This document shows, in pieces, positions 1 through 12,900 of a DNA stretch of 52,104 bases. The DNA comes from Catajapyx aquilonaris (Eukaryota): positions 62,001 through 114,104 of the forward strand of contig KZ538153.1 in NCBI GenBank assembly GCA_000934665.2, in the 5' to 3' direction. The notes below the pieces were generated by a model. That model saw only the letters and a list, made by a program, of their open reading frames with translations, ran no database searches and was not told where the DNA came from. The translations under genes were made by a program, and so were the position numbers. The number at the start of each line of letters is the position of its first letter. The first letter of the stretch is position 1.

Positions 1-55
1 ATTTTTCTCGGATGTAATGAAACGGAATTAACTGGCCTTTCGCAACTCTTTGAAG

Positions 56-1343
56 TAATGGTGAAGAGTGGTATCGGCTACGAAGCGCAGTGCAGAAGAT
101 GATGCTTCGTCCTAAAGAGGTCCATCACTATCTTCCGCTGTCTGAACGAGTTGCATCGGATTTTGTTGATCGACTGAGACGAAAGCAGGGGACGGATCAT
201 GTGGTGGAGGATCTAAGGACAGAGGTGGCCAAATGGTCACTTGAATGTACGTACGCTGAGTTAATCTCCTGGATATGTAGTGTTAATCGATGCGGTTACA
301 GCTGCGGGTATGGTGTGCTTCGAGACCAGACTTGGCTGCATGGACGGTTGGGACACCGAGAAAAGAGCGGACGCAATGATCGCCGCAAACCGTACAATCT
401 TCAGGCTGTCCGGTCTACTCAAGTTCTCGCTTCCTTTGTTCAAACTGGTGACAACTCCTAAGTGGAAGAGGCTGTTGGAAGCCGAAGACTATTTTTATCA
501 CGAAGCGTCAGGGTTTGCAAACACTACGATTGTGAACATACAGCGTTTGGTGGAGGAGAAGAAGATGGAGGACGGCCGGTACAACTTCATGTCGTACCTG
601 CTGTCACGACCTGAGCTTAATCACAAGGATGTGGTGATCATCGCGCTCTCACTATTCGCTGATGGACTCAGCACGGTCAGTACAGCATGGTACATCTTAT
701 TACCCTATTAATATTTGCAACATTGCAGACAGCACCAAGCATGTTGTACAACCTGTACTGCCTTGCGACCAACCCGGACGTGCAAGAAAAAGTGTACAAG
801 GAAGCAACAGGCGTAGTTCCGGATCACAAGCCTGTTACAATCGACGCCATAAACGCAATGCCTTACTTAAAAGCGGTTGTTAAAGAGACATTTCGCTTGT
901 ATCCGATCGGAACTGAAGTGTCTCGAATTATCGACAAGGACCTGGTACTTGCAGGTTACCACGTACCTGCAGGGGTAAGTGCTTAATCATGTTTGCTGCA
1001 CAATTGCATAAACAACATTCTGTTACAGACTCATGTGGATTTGAACCAAATGGTACACTTCCGATCGGAAGAATACTTCTCAAATCCGCACAAGTACGTC
1101 CCGGAAAGGTGGCTGCGAGGAGAGGAAGAAGGCGTGCATCCGTACTTGCTAACACCATTCGGACACGGCACGAGAATGTGCGCAGGCCGACGCTTCGCCG
1201 AGCAGGATTTGTATGCAACAATCACGCACATACTACGTACATTCCGGCTAGAGTACGACGGATCGGAAGAGCTAAAGCAAGTGTACAACACACTTCTATT
1301 TCCAGAGCAGCAACTCAAAATACGATTCATCCCCAGGAAATAA
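56..1343 (+). CDS. Cytochrome P450, mitochondrial clan, CYP44-like; 5' end lies upstream of the window. Exons 56-246, 302-675, 729-974, 1029-1343
   Basis: GT-AG introns join ORFs 90..461, 280..711, 687..986 and 993..1343 in frame. Motifs: WxxxR (EWYRLRS), I-helix DGLSTT, K-helix ETFR, PERW, heme loop [11 protein letters not shown]. Family assignment is from recalled similarity to nematode CYP44 (DGLSTTAP; [20 protein letters not shown]). Confidence 0.93.
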
Positions 1344-1449
1344 ATTTTCTTGCCGCAATTTGTAATGTCAATAACTTCCAACATGTGACGAATGTATATT
1401 TGTTGGCATATACTAAATATTCTCAGCTGAATCGCAACTCATTTATTGA

Positions 1450-2719
1450 CTACGATTTGTTTTCTGCGGGATTGGGGCAGCCACAGTCAACAGAAGTTCT
1501 TCTGGATTCAGACGGATCCTCACCGTTCTTCTTGGAACTCTTCCTGGAACTCTTCTTTGTATCCGGGGAATCGGGAAGACTCGTGTACAGTGAGCCATCG
1601 GAAGACCTCCTGGACGCTGTGGGATCGGAAGTCTCTGTAGGATCGGCAGAGTCTGCGGGATCGTCGGTAGACATCTTGGAATCTGCGGAATCGGAGACCT
1701 TCCTGGGTGCCTGCGTACCAACGTCCTTCAATTTCTTAGCCTTCACTTCCTTCTTCGACTCCTTCTTAGACTTCGTACTAGTTGCGCTTGCTTCGTCATT
1801 GGTGATGAGGATCTCGAGTCGCTCAGTGGACTTTTTCTGTATCTCACAAGCTGAAATGTCGATTAGATTGAAGTAATATTCTCGATGACATGGCTCTTTA
1901 AATGATTTATTACCAGGTCCATTCAAGTCCGTGTCTTGGTAAGCCATAACCAGACGCAGCATCTCGTTTATGCTCCTCCTGACGGCCATGTCGTTGATGG
2001 TTATCTGTCGCAGCTTCTGAGTGTCGTCGATGAGGAACATACCTCTGTACGCAATACCAGTTTCCGCGCAGTACACCCCATAGGCCTTGCTAACCTCGCT
2101 GTTCTTATCCGCCAGAAGAGGAATGTTCATTTTGCCCAGCCCTCCTCTACTACGCGAGATCCCAAGCCAGGTGATGTGACTAAAATGGCTGTCAGTCGAG
2201 CAGGCCACAACCTCGCAGTTAATGGCTTTAAATTCTTCCACTCGATCAGACAGTTCTATTAACTCGGCAGGACACAAGATGGAGCTGTAAGATGGACACG
2301 TATTTAAGTGAATGCGGCCAATATTGACGTAGATTATGCTACTCACAAGTCGGCCGGATAGAAGAACAAGATGAGCCATTTCCCCTTGTAGTCCGTTAAA
2401 GAAATCTCCGAGACTATTCGTTCAAACACAGCGGTTGTCTTAAAGGGAGGCGCTGGCATGGTCGGTTGAAGATGATGCATATGGGGTGAACTCTGCAAAA
2501 TTAACGGCGGATTATTAGTCACGTTCCGTATTTCTCCAAGCCATTATTCTTACCTGCGGTTGAATGATAACCGGTAAGGATCTGATCTGATCCCCACTAG
2601 CCAACAACCCGATCTCCTCGTCTTCCTTTCCCTGAAAACACTAAAACGGCATCATTCGGCACAATTCCTAAACCGGTACTGCAACTTACGTCGCCAAAGA
2701 GCCAGTCACCCACACCCAT
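1450..2719 (-). CDS. Divergent typical 2-Cys peroxiredoxin (AhpC/Prx1 family) with long low-complexity C-terminal extension, ~341 aa. Exons 2719-2690, 2631-2554, 2492-2347, 2284-1914, 1850-1450
   Basis: Spliced translation gives [10 protein letters not shown]...[26 protein letters not shown] (peroxidatic motif PxxxSxxC), [20 protein letters not shown] and [10 protein letters not shown] (catalytic Arg). Removing a 63-nt in-frame GT-AG intron (1913-1851) gives NGPAC at the resolving-Cys position. The first two exons and the start codon are less certain. Confidence 0.85.
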
Positions 2720-2928
2720 CCTCGGAATATATGTAAAGTCTTTTCCAGGATTGCGCTTATCCACACATACGCACTACCATGGAAACAATCACAAATAATC
2801 GTCGATTGTTGCAGCTGCCGGTATATCAAGCACAAGAAGCCAACCGGCCCCTGCTTGTAAACAGCTTCGGTGTATTCAAGGCAACGTCGCATTGTTGTCG
2901 ACATATTTCTTTCATATCCTTTTGAGAC

Positions 2929-4996
2929 ATGGTGATTAAGAATTCGACGTTAACGCCCTTTTGGGCTCAGAAGCCCTTGGGGCCTCTGGTTCCACCGCCT
3001 CCGCATGACGACACTGCGCTTCTGCCTGGTCGCATGAGGGGGCCTGGCCTCTCGACAAACAGCCACTCGTCGCTGCTGGCATGCGACTTTGTCCAGCTGA
3101 TGCATCGGATGGACGAAGGGATCCCGTCTAACGTGATATTCGAACACATCGCGGAGCATTTCAGCCAGTGCCAGACAGAATACTTCCTCAGGTTCTTGGA
3201 GCGAGTGAGAGCTGACGAAAAACTAGTTACGTCAAATCTCGGGCATGTAATTACCCTGTATGGAATCATTCCTCTCTTCCGTAAGTATCGCTCGGATTAA
3301 TCACTTCTTTGATATAGGATCACTGATCAATCTTTCACCGCAGTCATGCAAGTCGGTTTCATCTTTCTGGAGGTCACCCACATCCGGTCGACCAACATCA
3401 ACGAGTTGTTGGTCAGCAGCATGGTTAATCTCGGTGTTGCCACACTTGTGTATTTCCTGCTCGGACATGCCCTGCATCTCGGTCAGGACGCATCGCACAT
3501 GATCGGAAGCGACCTTTGGCTCCTTCTGGGCGTAACGGAGCCAGTCATCCCCGCCTTTTGGTGGGCCGTATGCATCCTATTCGTGTCCATCGCGTCGTCC
3601 ACATTTGTTGGCCGCCTGAGTTTGACAGCCCAGATGGTGATGGCCACGCTATTGTCCGGATTGATCTTCCCAGTGTCGGCCCACTGGACTGGGCATCGTG
3701 ACGGTTGGCTGATGGCAGGGATGACCAACTTGTCAGGCACTGTTACAAAGGAAAGCGTTGTGGATATGTGGCCGGGACTGCAGGATCTTGGTGGCGCATT
3801 ATCGGTGCATGTGGCTGCCGGCACGGTGGCTTTAGTCGGGGCGCTGATTCTGGGCAGGCGGAGAACCAGGCTGGACATGATCGACGTCTCATCGTTTCCG
3901 CCATCCTCGCCGGGACTGCTATTGGCGGCCCAGTTCTTCCTGCTGGCAGGATATATGGGATTCCATGTGTCGGCAGTGTACGCCAACGACCATCCAGCTA
4001 GCGACACTGACGAAAGCAGCAGGCTAAATAAGGTGCGCTTCTCATTTTCGCTCAGTACTGAAATAACTTCCGACTCCATATTGCCAGGTGGGTCTAGCCA
4101 TGGTGTCGACGATCGCAGCCGCCGCTACAGCCTCCCTAAGCACGCTCCTTCTGGAAGTTGTTGCGTTCCGTCGACGCCTGGGCTACCGGCTCCTACTCGA
4201 CCTGGTTCACGGGTCACTGGCTGGAGTCGTAGCCGTGTCCGCCCTGGCTCACGAGATGGCCTGCTGGGCCGCGCTTGTGTCCGGAGCAGTCGCAGGGATC
4301 ATCCGCTGCCTCCTCACCAAACTGTTCTACATCTCGGGGTACGAGGATCCGTGCGACACAGCGGCCATCCACTTGGGTTGCGGCATGTGGTCCATATTGT
4401 CCGTCGCACTCCTGAGCGCCGAGCGGGGTTTGGCCAGCGGAAATTCGGAGATGGCCATGAAGTTGTTCTGGTGGCACTGCATTGGGGTGCTGGCCGTTGT
4501 GGTGTGGGCTGCGGTGATGTCCGGCGTCCCGCTGCTTCTGATGTGGGCCCTCCAGTTCCTCCGGTCCAACAGGGACATCCGGGAGCACCGCCTGGCCCTG
4601 GAGGACGACCGGACGCGTCGACGGTCCGGGATAGGCAGCAGGAGCTTCTTCAGATTCAACGGTAAGCATAATTTTAACAGCAATAAAATTCACAAGTCGA
4701 AGTTGCCGATACAACCTGCAGATGACCTGGAGACGATGTACGAGCTGCTCCTGCGCAATCCCTGGAATCGCGGTCGTTACACCCAAGAGCTGTTCTGGCG
4801 TCTCCTGGACAACTTCAGGGTGGCCGGACCCACCAGCATCTCCAGGGCCACGTCGGACCAAGAGCCGAGCCTGTACGTTCAGAACATGCAGCCGCACACG
4901 GTAAACGCACACCGCCAGCTGGCACGTCCGCAGGAGCCAGATTCAGGACGACACTCCAGGGCGTCCGTCAAGTCGAACCGGAAGCATCACTTGTGA
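2929..4996 (+). CDS. Divergent ammonium transporter (Amt/Mep/Rh family), ~629 aa. Exons 2929-3280, 3344-4032, 4088-4661, 4722-4996
   Basis: Spliced protein has many hydrophobic TM segments and Amt-like motifs: LMQVGFIFLE (cf. FMQxGFAxLE), FPVSAHW, DLGGALSVHVAAG (cf. DFAGSxxVH), GALILGRRR, HGSLAGVVAVSA (cf. NGxLAGLVAITA), EDPCDTAAIHLGCGMW (cf. DDPxDxxxVHxxxGxW). Splice phases are consistent. Confidence 0.85.
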
Positions 4997-6994
4997 GGAC
5001 AAGGCAATTGCAAGCAATTATCTTCAGAGGAATGAACCAAAAAACCATTGTGAATTGTTCACACGGGCATTTTATTACAACTGCACCTGGAAATTGTGGG
5101 GGGGTCGAAGAGACTTGGATCATTTTAAAATACAGGCAGTTACTCGCTATTACAACGGGGAAACAATTATTTTGTCACGTTAAAACCCCCCCACCCATTT
5201 TTTTTTTTACGGTTCTCCAACTTGACCACCACCACCACCACGAAAAAAGAAAATCACAAACGCATCCTGTACACATCACACTCTGAATCCGATTGTCCTT
5301 TTTTTTCCCCCTACAAACGCAGACAACGATAGGGAACGAGTTGGGGCGGGGGGAGGAAATTAAGAAAAAATTGCTGCACATATTTTTTGTTTAAACATGC
5401 CGTTTTTTTTCTTCATTATTTTTGTTTCGCAGCTAAACAGGTCTTCTCCAAATTGCAACTGCCACTAAAAGAGCTGCCACTAAAAGTTACATTTTTTTGT
5501 CGGTGTCTTTTTAATATCAGCACTGCACTTTTTTTTGATGCACTTACAATCACTGGGATCGAGAGGACGATGTTTTTTTTGGAAGGAGGAGGGGGGGGGA
5601 GGAAACGATGACACTGAGATGACTAGAAAACAAAGAGAGAAATGCACCGGGATTTTTTTTTTCCCCACCGGTTCGCCACAGACTTGTTTTTTTTTTTTTT
5701 CGTTCTATTTGTTGATACGTGGTACCTACTTTTATTCGGCTGTGGTTTATAAAACACAGGTTGGAAAGAAAAAAAAATTATCATTACGAGCCTGACGTTT
5801 TTCAAAAAAACAAAACGTAAAAGTCGCTTAAACTTAAATCAGATCTGCAAAAAATATTATTTTGCACCTCGCCTTTTCTCGCTACGACGAATCTCAATTA
5901 GCAGTAAATCATGCAGTGAAAAAAAAGATTCATGCCAACGAATAATAAAAAAAAAAAATCCACTGCACATGTAAAAAATTGTAAAAAAGGCCTACAAAAA
6001 TATCCGTCAATCGTGTAAAATAATAAGCACGTATACTGTTAAATCCTAAAATAATACTCTGTTGAAACTTCGACTCTCAAATTTCTTGCAAATGTAATCC
6101 AGAAATAGTCAAACCGAAATATTGCTGCAGTCAATAAAAACCAAACACACGAGAGATTCTCTCCTCTTTGAAAAGGGAAGGGGTAGGATGGGGTAGGGGA
6201 CTAAAAAATATAAATATGACGCTAAAAACACACACCCGAGCGAGAGAGAGAGAGAAAAAAAAACCTCCTGTCTGAAACATTGTACCTAGATATTAAATGC
6301 CGTATAAATATGGCTTTTCACTAAAACTTAAAATTATTTTTTAAATGTCTCAATTGTCAATTCCACCGGGCGGAATTTTTTTTCATACTTTCTTTTAATG
6401 CCTCAGTGCATGGTTATTTAGCCACAGTACCTTCTTCTTCTTTATGGGCTACACTAAATAACGATGTTCAATGTTTTTGGCAACTCGTCACCATTTTCCC
6501 ACACGAAAAAAAAAAAGTTTGTCAGGTTTTCCGTTAGCATCAACTGGGGGAGGGGCTTTTTTTTTTTTTTTAAGAAAGGCTGCCTTCTTGATAAGTCGAG
6601 GTTTAACGCACCGGATTTTTCAATCTTCCGAGCCAACAATTCCGCTTCCATCATCCCACACACAGACACCTGAAAATCAAAGGGCGCAGATAATAACTTC
6701 CATAATCATAAACCATGTACTGGTTGATAAAACATACCTTTGTGTGCACCATTATTAAGATAATTTCAGTCTAAACAGTTGGCTGCTCTCTCCTTCCATT
6801 TGCTTCTTGATTATGGCTGGGCGCAATGACTAGATGTGCTTTGCACTTTGGCTAACAAGTACTCCCTCGCTTCAAGAAGACAGACTTCCGTTTTCTGTAA
6901 CGGCAAATTGACATTAGCACCACCCTTTCCAAGAGATGATATTTTCTTACGTTTTAAAGTGTCCTTTGCCCTGCCCCCCTGCCGAACTTCCACC

Positions 6995-9900
6995 TCAGTT
7001 GGCTGCAGACTCTCCTGCCTGCAGACTCCCCTCCGTGCAAATTCCCTCAACCGATGCGACGACCGTGGTGCAAGTGGCAGTTGCAGTGGAAGACGTTACG
7101 ACTACGGAGCTAGCAGCGGCTGGGGCCATTGTTGTTGCGGAGGGGGGAGAGGGAGGGGAAGGAATGACACAAAGGGAAGCTAGGTCAGCGGAGCCTGCAG
7201 AAGGGAAAGTTAAAGATTGATTAGATTTCAATGGTTAATGTCATTACTCCTGAAGCAAAACTAGTGTAACGCTGCATTTAATTCGCAATGTTACCAGCAT
7301 TTTACTTTCGTATAGAGGCAACGTACAAGTAATAATGTTATCCCAATCACATGCATTGTACAGGGTGGTCCAACTAGGAAGGAATATTGCTTGCCAAAAT
7401 TCTGCTTACATTGGTAATATTGTCAGTAATCTAAAGGATTTGGGTTACTTTCCACAATATTTAAAATTTGACACTTGGTCAACATACGCGATTCATTGGG
7501 GCCATTCGGCTGAACGCCAAAATAAATTTTGTAATGCTACAACGTAATACTTCATGGCTACTGGAAATTAAGTTAATTAATCTAAATTTTCAAAGCGCCT
7601 TTCCTAATAGACCCCCGTGTAGTTCTGATTGTTAAAACAAACATTTCGCATTAAAAGTTACAAAACCTTACTTACATTAGTTCCACGCAATTATGTGAAT
7701 AAGGACTTTCCCCGCCAACCACAAGCCCAAATCGCAGCTGCCAGAAATAACTGTCGCAATGAACAATTTTAAGTGAGGCTGTCAGGAACAAATATTCCGA
7801 ACCCACTCAAGACCATGTGCCTGTATTTTTTTTTTTTACTGCAATACATTATTTCTGGCAGCGATATTTTTAAAAGTAACAGCACTACACGTACGAGTTA
7901 CATACTATTGGTGCATGTAATATTCAAACTAATTGTAATTCACATGTTATTTCCAAGATCCATCACCAATCCCACTGGAGCCACCAATTGTGGGGCTTTG
8001 CTGCATATTATAGAGAACTAATTTGTTTTTTAGTTTGTAATCTGCCCTCATGTCACGGGCAGGGGAAGGTGAACATAAAGAGCTAACATTGTCAACATAA
8101 CTTGGCAAAAAATCAGCAAATGTAATCATCAACTCGGTCGCACAGTGATAAATCAAAAAGAGCGTAAGGAAACATGCAATAAGCCGTAGAAGCTAATTGC
8201 CCAACTTCGTACTTCATTGTCGGCACTTATCGAACTGCATTATGCTTCTAAAAGCTAACAAATATTATTTTTCAATATCAGGTTTATAGGGATGTAAACT
8301 CAAGTTTTAAATACAGTTGATGACTAATATGTCAAATTTAATGAACAGTTGCATACGGATGAAAACGTAACCAATTTTGGAATAAATTATGGTGTGTAAA
8401 CTCCACTAGTGTTACACACCAATAAATTTAAACTTTAATTTCAGTCACAAACAGCTCAGTAGATTGGGAGACTACCATAATTTCTTGTTATAATTATGAT
8501 ATACGTCGCCAAAACTACTTCAAGCTGTGCGTCCTTTGGGCCTAAACATGCACCAAAGACTGGGCTTAAAATAAATATCGTTAATTGACAAACAGGGCTC
8601 ATCGAATCGTTCCATATGATCGATTAGCAAAGTGCCATTTCCGACACCTTTACAACTAAACAAAACCCTATAAGGCAATGCAAACAAAAAACTAATGCTA
8701 GACCAGCTTTCGTTTCAAACTTAGGAATAAAACTGAAGAGCTTGTGAAGGGAAAATTATTACCTGAAGCCATGCTAACCAACAACTGCTGAAAGTCAGCG
8801 AGCTCCTGGTGCAGACTATCAAGGGAGGGCTGTGTCTCATGCAAGGCTGGAGAAGTGCGTGCAACGGTAGCCTCGGCAGGCTGGTGTGCCTGTTGGGGGA
8901 TGGCACTGGCAGCGGCAGTAGCAGGGGTCGGGGTGGACGGAGGCGTGGAGTCGGGAGGGGCATCGGCAGACGGTGAAGGCGCAGGCGGAGTGACAGTTGG
9001 GGGAGTCGGAGGCGGGGTGAGAGGAGGAGGAGGCAAGGTTGGAGACGACGGGGACATGCAGACAGTAGGGATTCTGGCCGAATTGTTTGCAGGTGTCAGG
9101 TCAAGTGCAGGTGCGACAGTCATGGTGCCCAATTTTGTTGGTGTCATCTTGTTAAGATTAGTGTTGTTTGCAGGTATGGCTACTTTTGGTGGCGTCATCA
9201 TGGTGGCATGTATGATCATGTTTGATGTGGTTGTTGTAGTAATGTTAGTACCAGGCATTTTAGGTGGCAGTGTGTTTGCGGATGGCTTTGCAATTGTCTT
9301 GTGAGGTGTAGCTGTAATTACAGGCGTGGCCACAATGGAATTAGGCATGCTTGGGCTCAGTATAGGACAGGTGTTTGCGTCGGGCAGGGAAGCATTAGCA
9401 GCAACATTGTTAGCAAGGGGTTGGGCCACTCCAGAGTTGGGTGTGGCCGCGTCGCTTTGGGCAGGAAGCGGCTCACCCACCTGGGGGTAGGAATCCACGA
9501 GGGCAGAACAAACCGAATTGGATTGCTGGGGAGGTACAGGGGAAGAAGAGTCAGAAGAAGTGACCACCGCATCGCCACAATCAGGATTGGTGATCTGGAT
9601 CTTATCCTTGGAAATGGTGATCCCAAACTTGACCCCCTGAGGCACCCCTTTCTTCACCTCAAACTGTATGGGTTGACCCGTATCCACGACGCTCGTCATC
9701 ACTGGACACGGTGCCACCTCCCCACTTCCGCCGCCACCTCCCCCACCCACCGCCCCTCCGGCCCCACCTCCACTCCCCCTCCCAATAGTCCTGACCACTT
9801 CCTTCTTCGGCGGAACCACAGGCTTGTTGGGTGGCACTGGGGGTGGCACCCCCCTCCCCAACGGGATTCCCTTCTTTAGGGGCTGTCCATTTGCACCCGA

Positions 9901-12900
9901 TGCCATTGCCGGCGAACTGCCTGCTGACGTTGCGGAAGCAGCGGAGGAAGAGGTCGCATTGGTGGTCACATGGAAGGTCACCTTACTGCCCTGGGCTGTG
10001 GTGAAGACTTTGGTTCCTGGGGACGCAGACACTGACACCCGTGGGGTTATTTGGACAACCTGGGCCTGCTGATTGCGGTCCAAAGTTTGACTCAGCCTTG
10101 TCATTGGAGCAGCCTGGAAATGCGAAAAAACATGAGTCGACGTTACAAAATCAGAACAAGCCATGACTACTCACGGAAGTATTGGAAGCATCCTGCCCAG
10201 GTGACTGTGCAGCTGCAGAAGACCAGTGCTGGTCCACACCCCCAGCAGCACTGGTCCTCAGAGTGGACACTGACCGTGGCTCACTTGAAGCCATCGTATA
10301 CGCTATGTTCTTCAGGCCCTGCCCTGGAGATACTGACCTCGCTATCCCTGTGGCTGGGGAGGAAAAAAATTTATTAGTAAATGTCACTGCTGAGATACAT
10401 GTGAAGCATTTTCCATTGAAATAATAATAATTTTTAAAATTATTTTGCAGTCACATCAGCTATTGTGAAATTTTTCAAGACACCAACTGAAAACCACATT
10501 AAACTACCGGCTTCTAGGGACTCGTTGATAATTTATTCACAGCGTTTGTAGCCATCCTTCACATCATCTAAAAAAACATCCAAAATGTCATCTCAACAAA
10601 ATGCTACAATAAAACTTACTAGGCCCACACACTGGTACACTGGTGACAGTCGCAGTTGGCTGTACAACTTTTGTTACACTGCCCATCATGGCTGGAGCAC
10701 CTGCCAAATCATAACGCAAATTATATAGCGCCAATATCGAGTAATAGTTCATGACTACCAGTTGCATTGAACAGAATATAAATGATAACCAATTCATCAG
10801 ATTCACTAAGCAATATTCGCAGTGAAAGTTGCAAGTACACGTACCTTGGGCCTGCCCCATTCGTGGTGGTGTCTGCGGCGGCAAAGTAGTAGGCTTGGCA
10901 GGAGGCTGCGGTGGCAACGTCCCTCCGAGAGGAGCCTGAGGTCGGGTCAGTACCATGCATGGGGTATTCAGACTGGTGCTGGCCTGGAACATGGCCACAG
11001 AATGCGCCTCTGCCATTTGCTTCTTCATGCTCTCCACCTCTGCCTTCAGCTTCTCGATCTCCGCTTCCAGATCCTTTCGTCTTAAGTAACAAGAGTGTCC
11101 GTTAGCAGACATTAATCCTTTCACATACCCATTACGATCAAAACAGAGCAATTACATACACCAGGTCTGACACTATTCAATTCAGACATTTTAAAAATGG
11201 GACTCACCTATTTTCCTCCTTGAGCAATAGCCCTTTGAGCTGCTCCCTCTCCATATCGAACTGTGCTAACTGTTTCTCCAGCTCTGCCTCCATCTGGAGC
11301 GACTTCTTGCTTTCCTCTTCCAGTCCTTCTGCCATTGAGTCAATGCGACCCTTCTCCTCTGCCAGAATCTGACCAACAAAAAAAATGGTAAGCCAAACAT
11401 TTTTGTATGTGGAAACAGATTAACTTGCATAGGATTTTACATGGTGTCGTAAAACCAAAATGTCCGCAAACCTGAGCCAGATCCTCCGAGCGCTTCCTCT
11501 CCTCAATGTACTTGGTGATGATCTTCTTCCTCTCGGCCAGTAGCAACAGCACAATCTGCTTCTGCCTGCCCCTTTCCTCTTCCAACGTGTCGGTCGCCTT
11601 CTTCAGCTCCTTCTCCGCCTTCTTCTTTGCCTGCCTCTCCAGATCTAGCTCCTGAAAATTCCACACTTGATTCACCTGTCCTTCCTTCCGTTCCCAAAAG
11701 CCACCAGGCCCAGGTGTGTAGCAAACAAACAGCAAGCAACAGGGAAACCAAACGTTACTCACATCTCAACACACACCGTACCACTCAAAAATTTGTTATT
11801 ATTGCTAGCCGTTGTGTACAAATCCTGTCTGGGGATAACTACATGATACACTTTAAACATAATTGTGAAAGCCGTCACTGGCAAAACATTAGTTATCTAA
11901 TGCATGAAGCAAGTGAAATGCATGTGTTACACATGCAATGAGTTAAACGAGTTAAATCCTTGCCTAGAATCAGCGATACAAGTGCATGTTAAATTACACG
12001 TGTCCATACCTTCAATAGAATTGTGCTGGCAACATTTTGGAACCATCCCTTCCATTTGCATTCATTACACAGAGCATGAACTACCATATTTAATTTTTTT
12101 TAGCGAGAATATTACTGCAGGAAACCTGCTACTTGTTTACGGCAGTACTTGAAACAGTACAGAATACATTCTACAAAGGCCATTGTTTAATAACAATACT
12201 GACCCATTCTTACGTTAATAAAACTTCGCATGCACTTCCTTAGAAACCCAGGCAAACCCACCTGTTTGAGTCGGGTCCTGTCCTTTTCAAGACCATACGT
12301 GATGTCATCTCCCTGTGCAGTATCATGCTCGTGCTTCTGCCGCTCTTCGTCCAGCTCCTGCACCACCTTCCTGTGACGCTCCTCCGCATCCCTCAAGATG
12401 TGCGTCATGTGAAACTGAGCTCTACGTTGCTGGCCAATTAGGTTCTCTAGCGCCGTCCTTTGGTTTTCAGCAGCCACCCTCAGGGAGGCCTCGTCTAAAG
12501 AGGAGCACTCGCCACCTCCAAGGCTGTCCCTCTGGAGGGCTGCGTAAGGGTCTGACAGGCTCAGGGTGCCGTACTTGGCCTGCACTAGAATCATCTTCAC
12601 CTTCTCTGCCTGCAATCAGAAATTGTATGACTAATACCAGAACTAATAACAACCGCACATTTTAAACACTAAACTCAATTATGACTCAGCAAATTGTTAG
12701 TTCCAGTGACTGTTCCAATATAAAACTTCACATGCTGTTTTAGTTACACGGTTTTTTTTGAAAAGCGGCCTTGCATGTGTCTCCAAACCTAATTTACAAT
12801 CAATGCCCAATGAGGCCATTCATATAGTAATCAATCACTCTGGCAAGACCTTGGAAGAAGCTGAGGTTGGCACGACAAACTGTCAATTGGAGAGAAAAAA

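Noticed and set aside
989..1876. 295-aa plus-strand ORF
   Set aside because: It is an off-frame overlap of the last CYP exon plus the antisense of the peroxiredoxin tail; no independent motifs.
2686..2904. 72-aa minus-strand ORF as the first peroxiredoxin exon
   Set aside because: Its frame is incompatible with the GTAAGT donor at 2689 and the phase-0 next exon. The ATG at 2719 in another frame fits.
8855..10072. Several long plus-strand ORFs
   Set aside because: Antisense shadows of the GC-rich, Pro/Thr-rich CTTNBP2NL exon.
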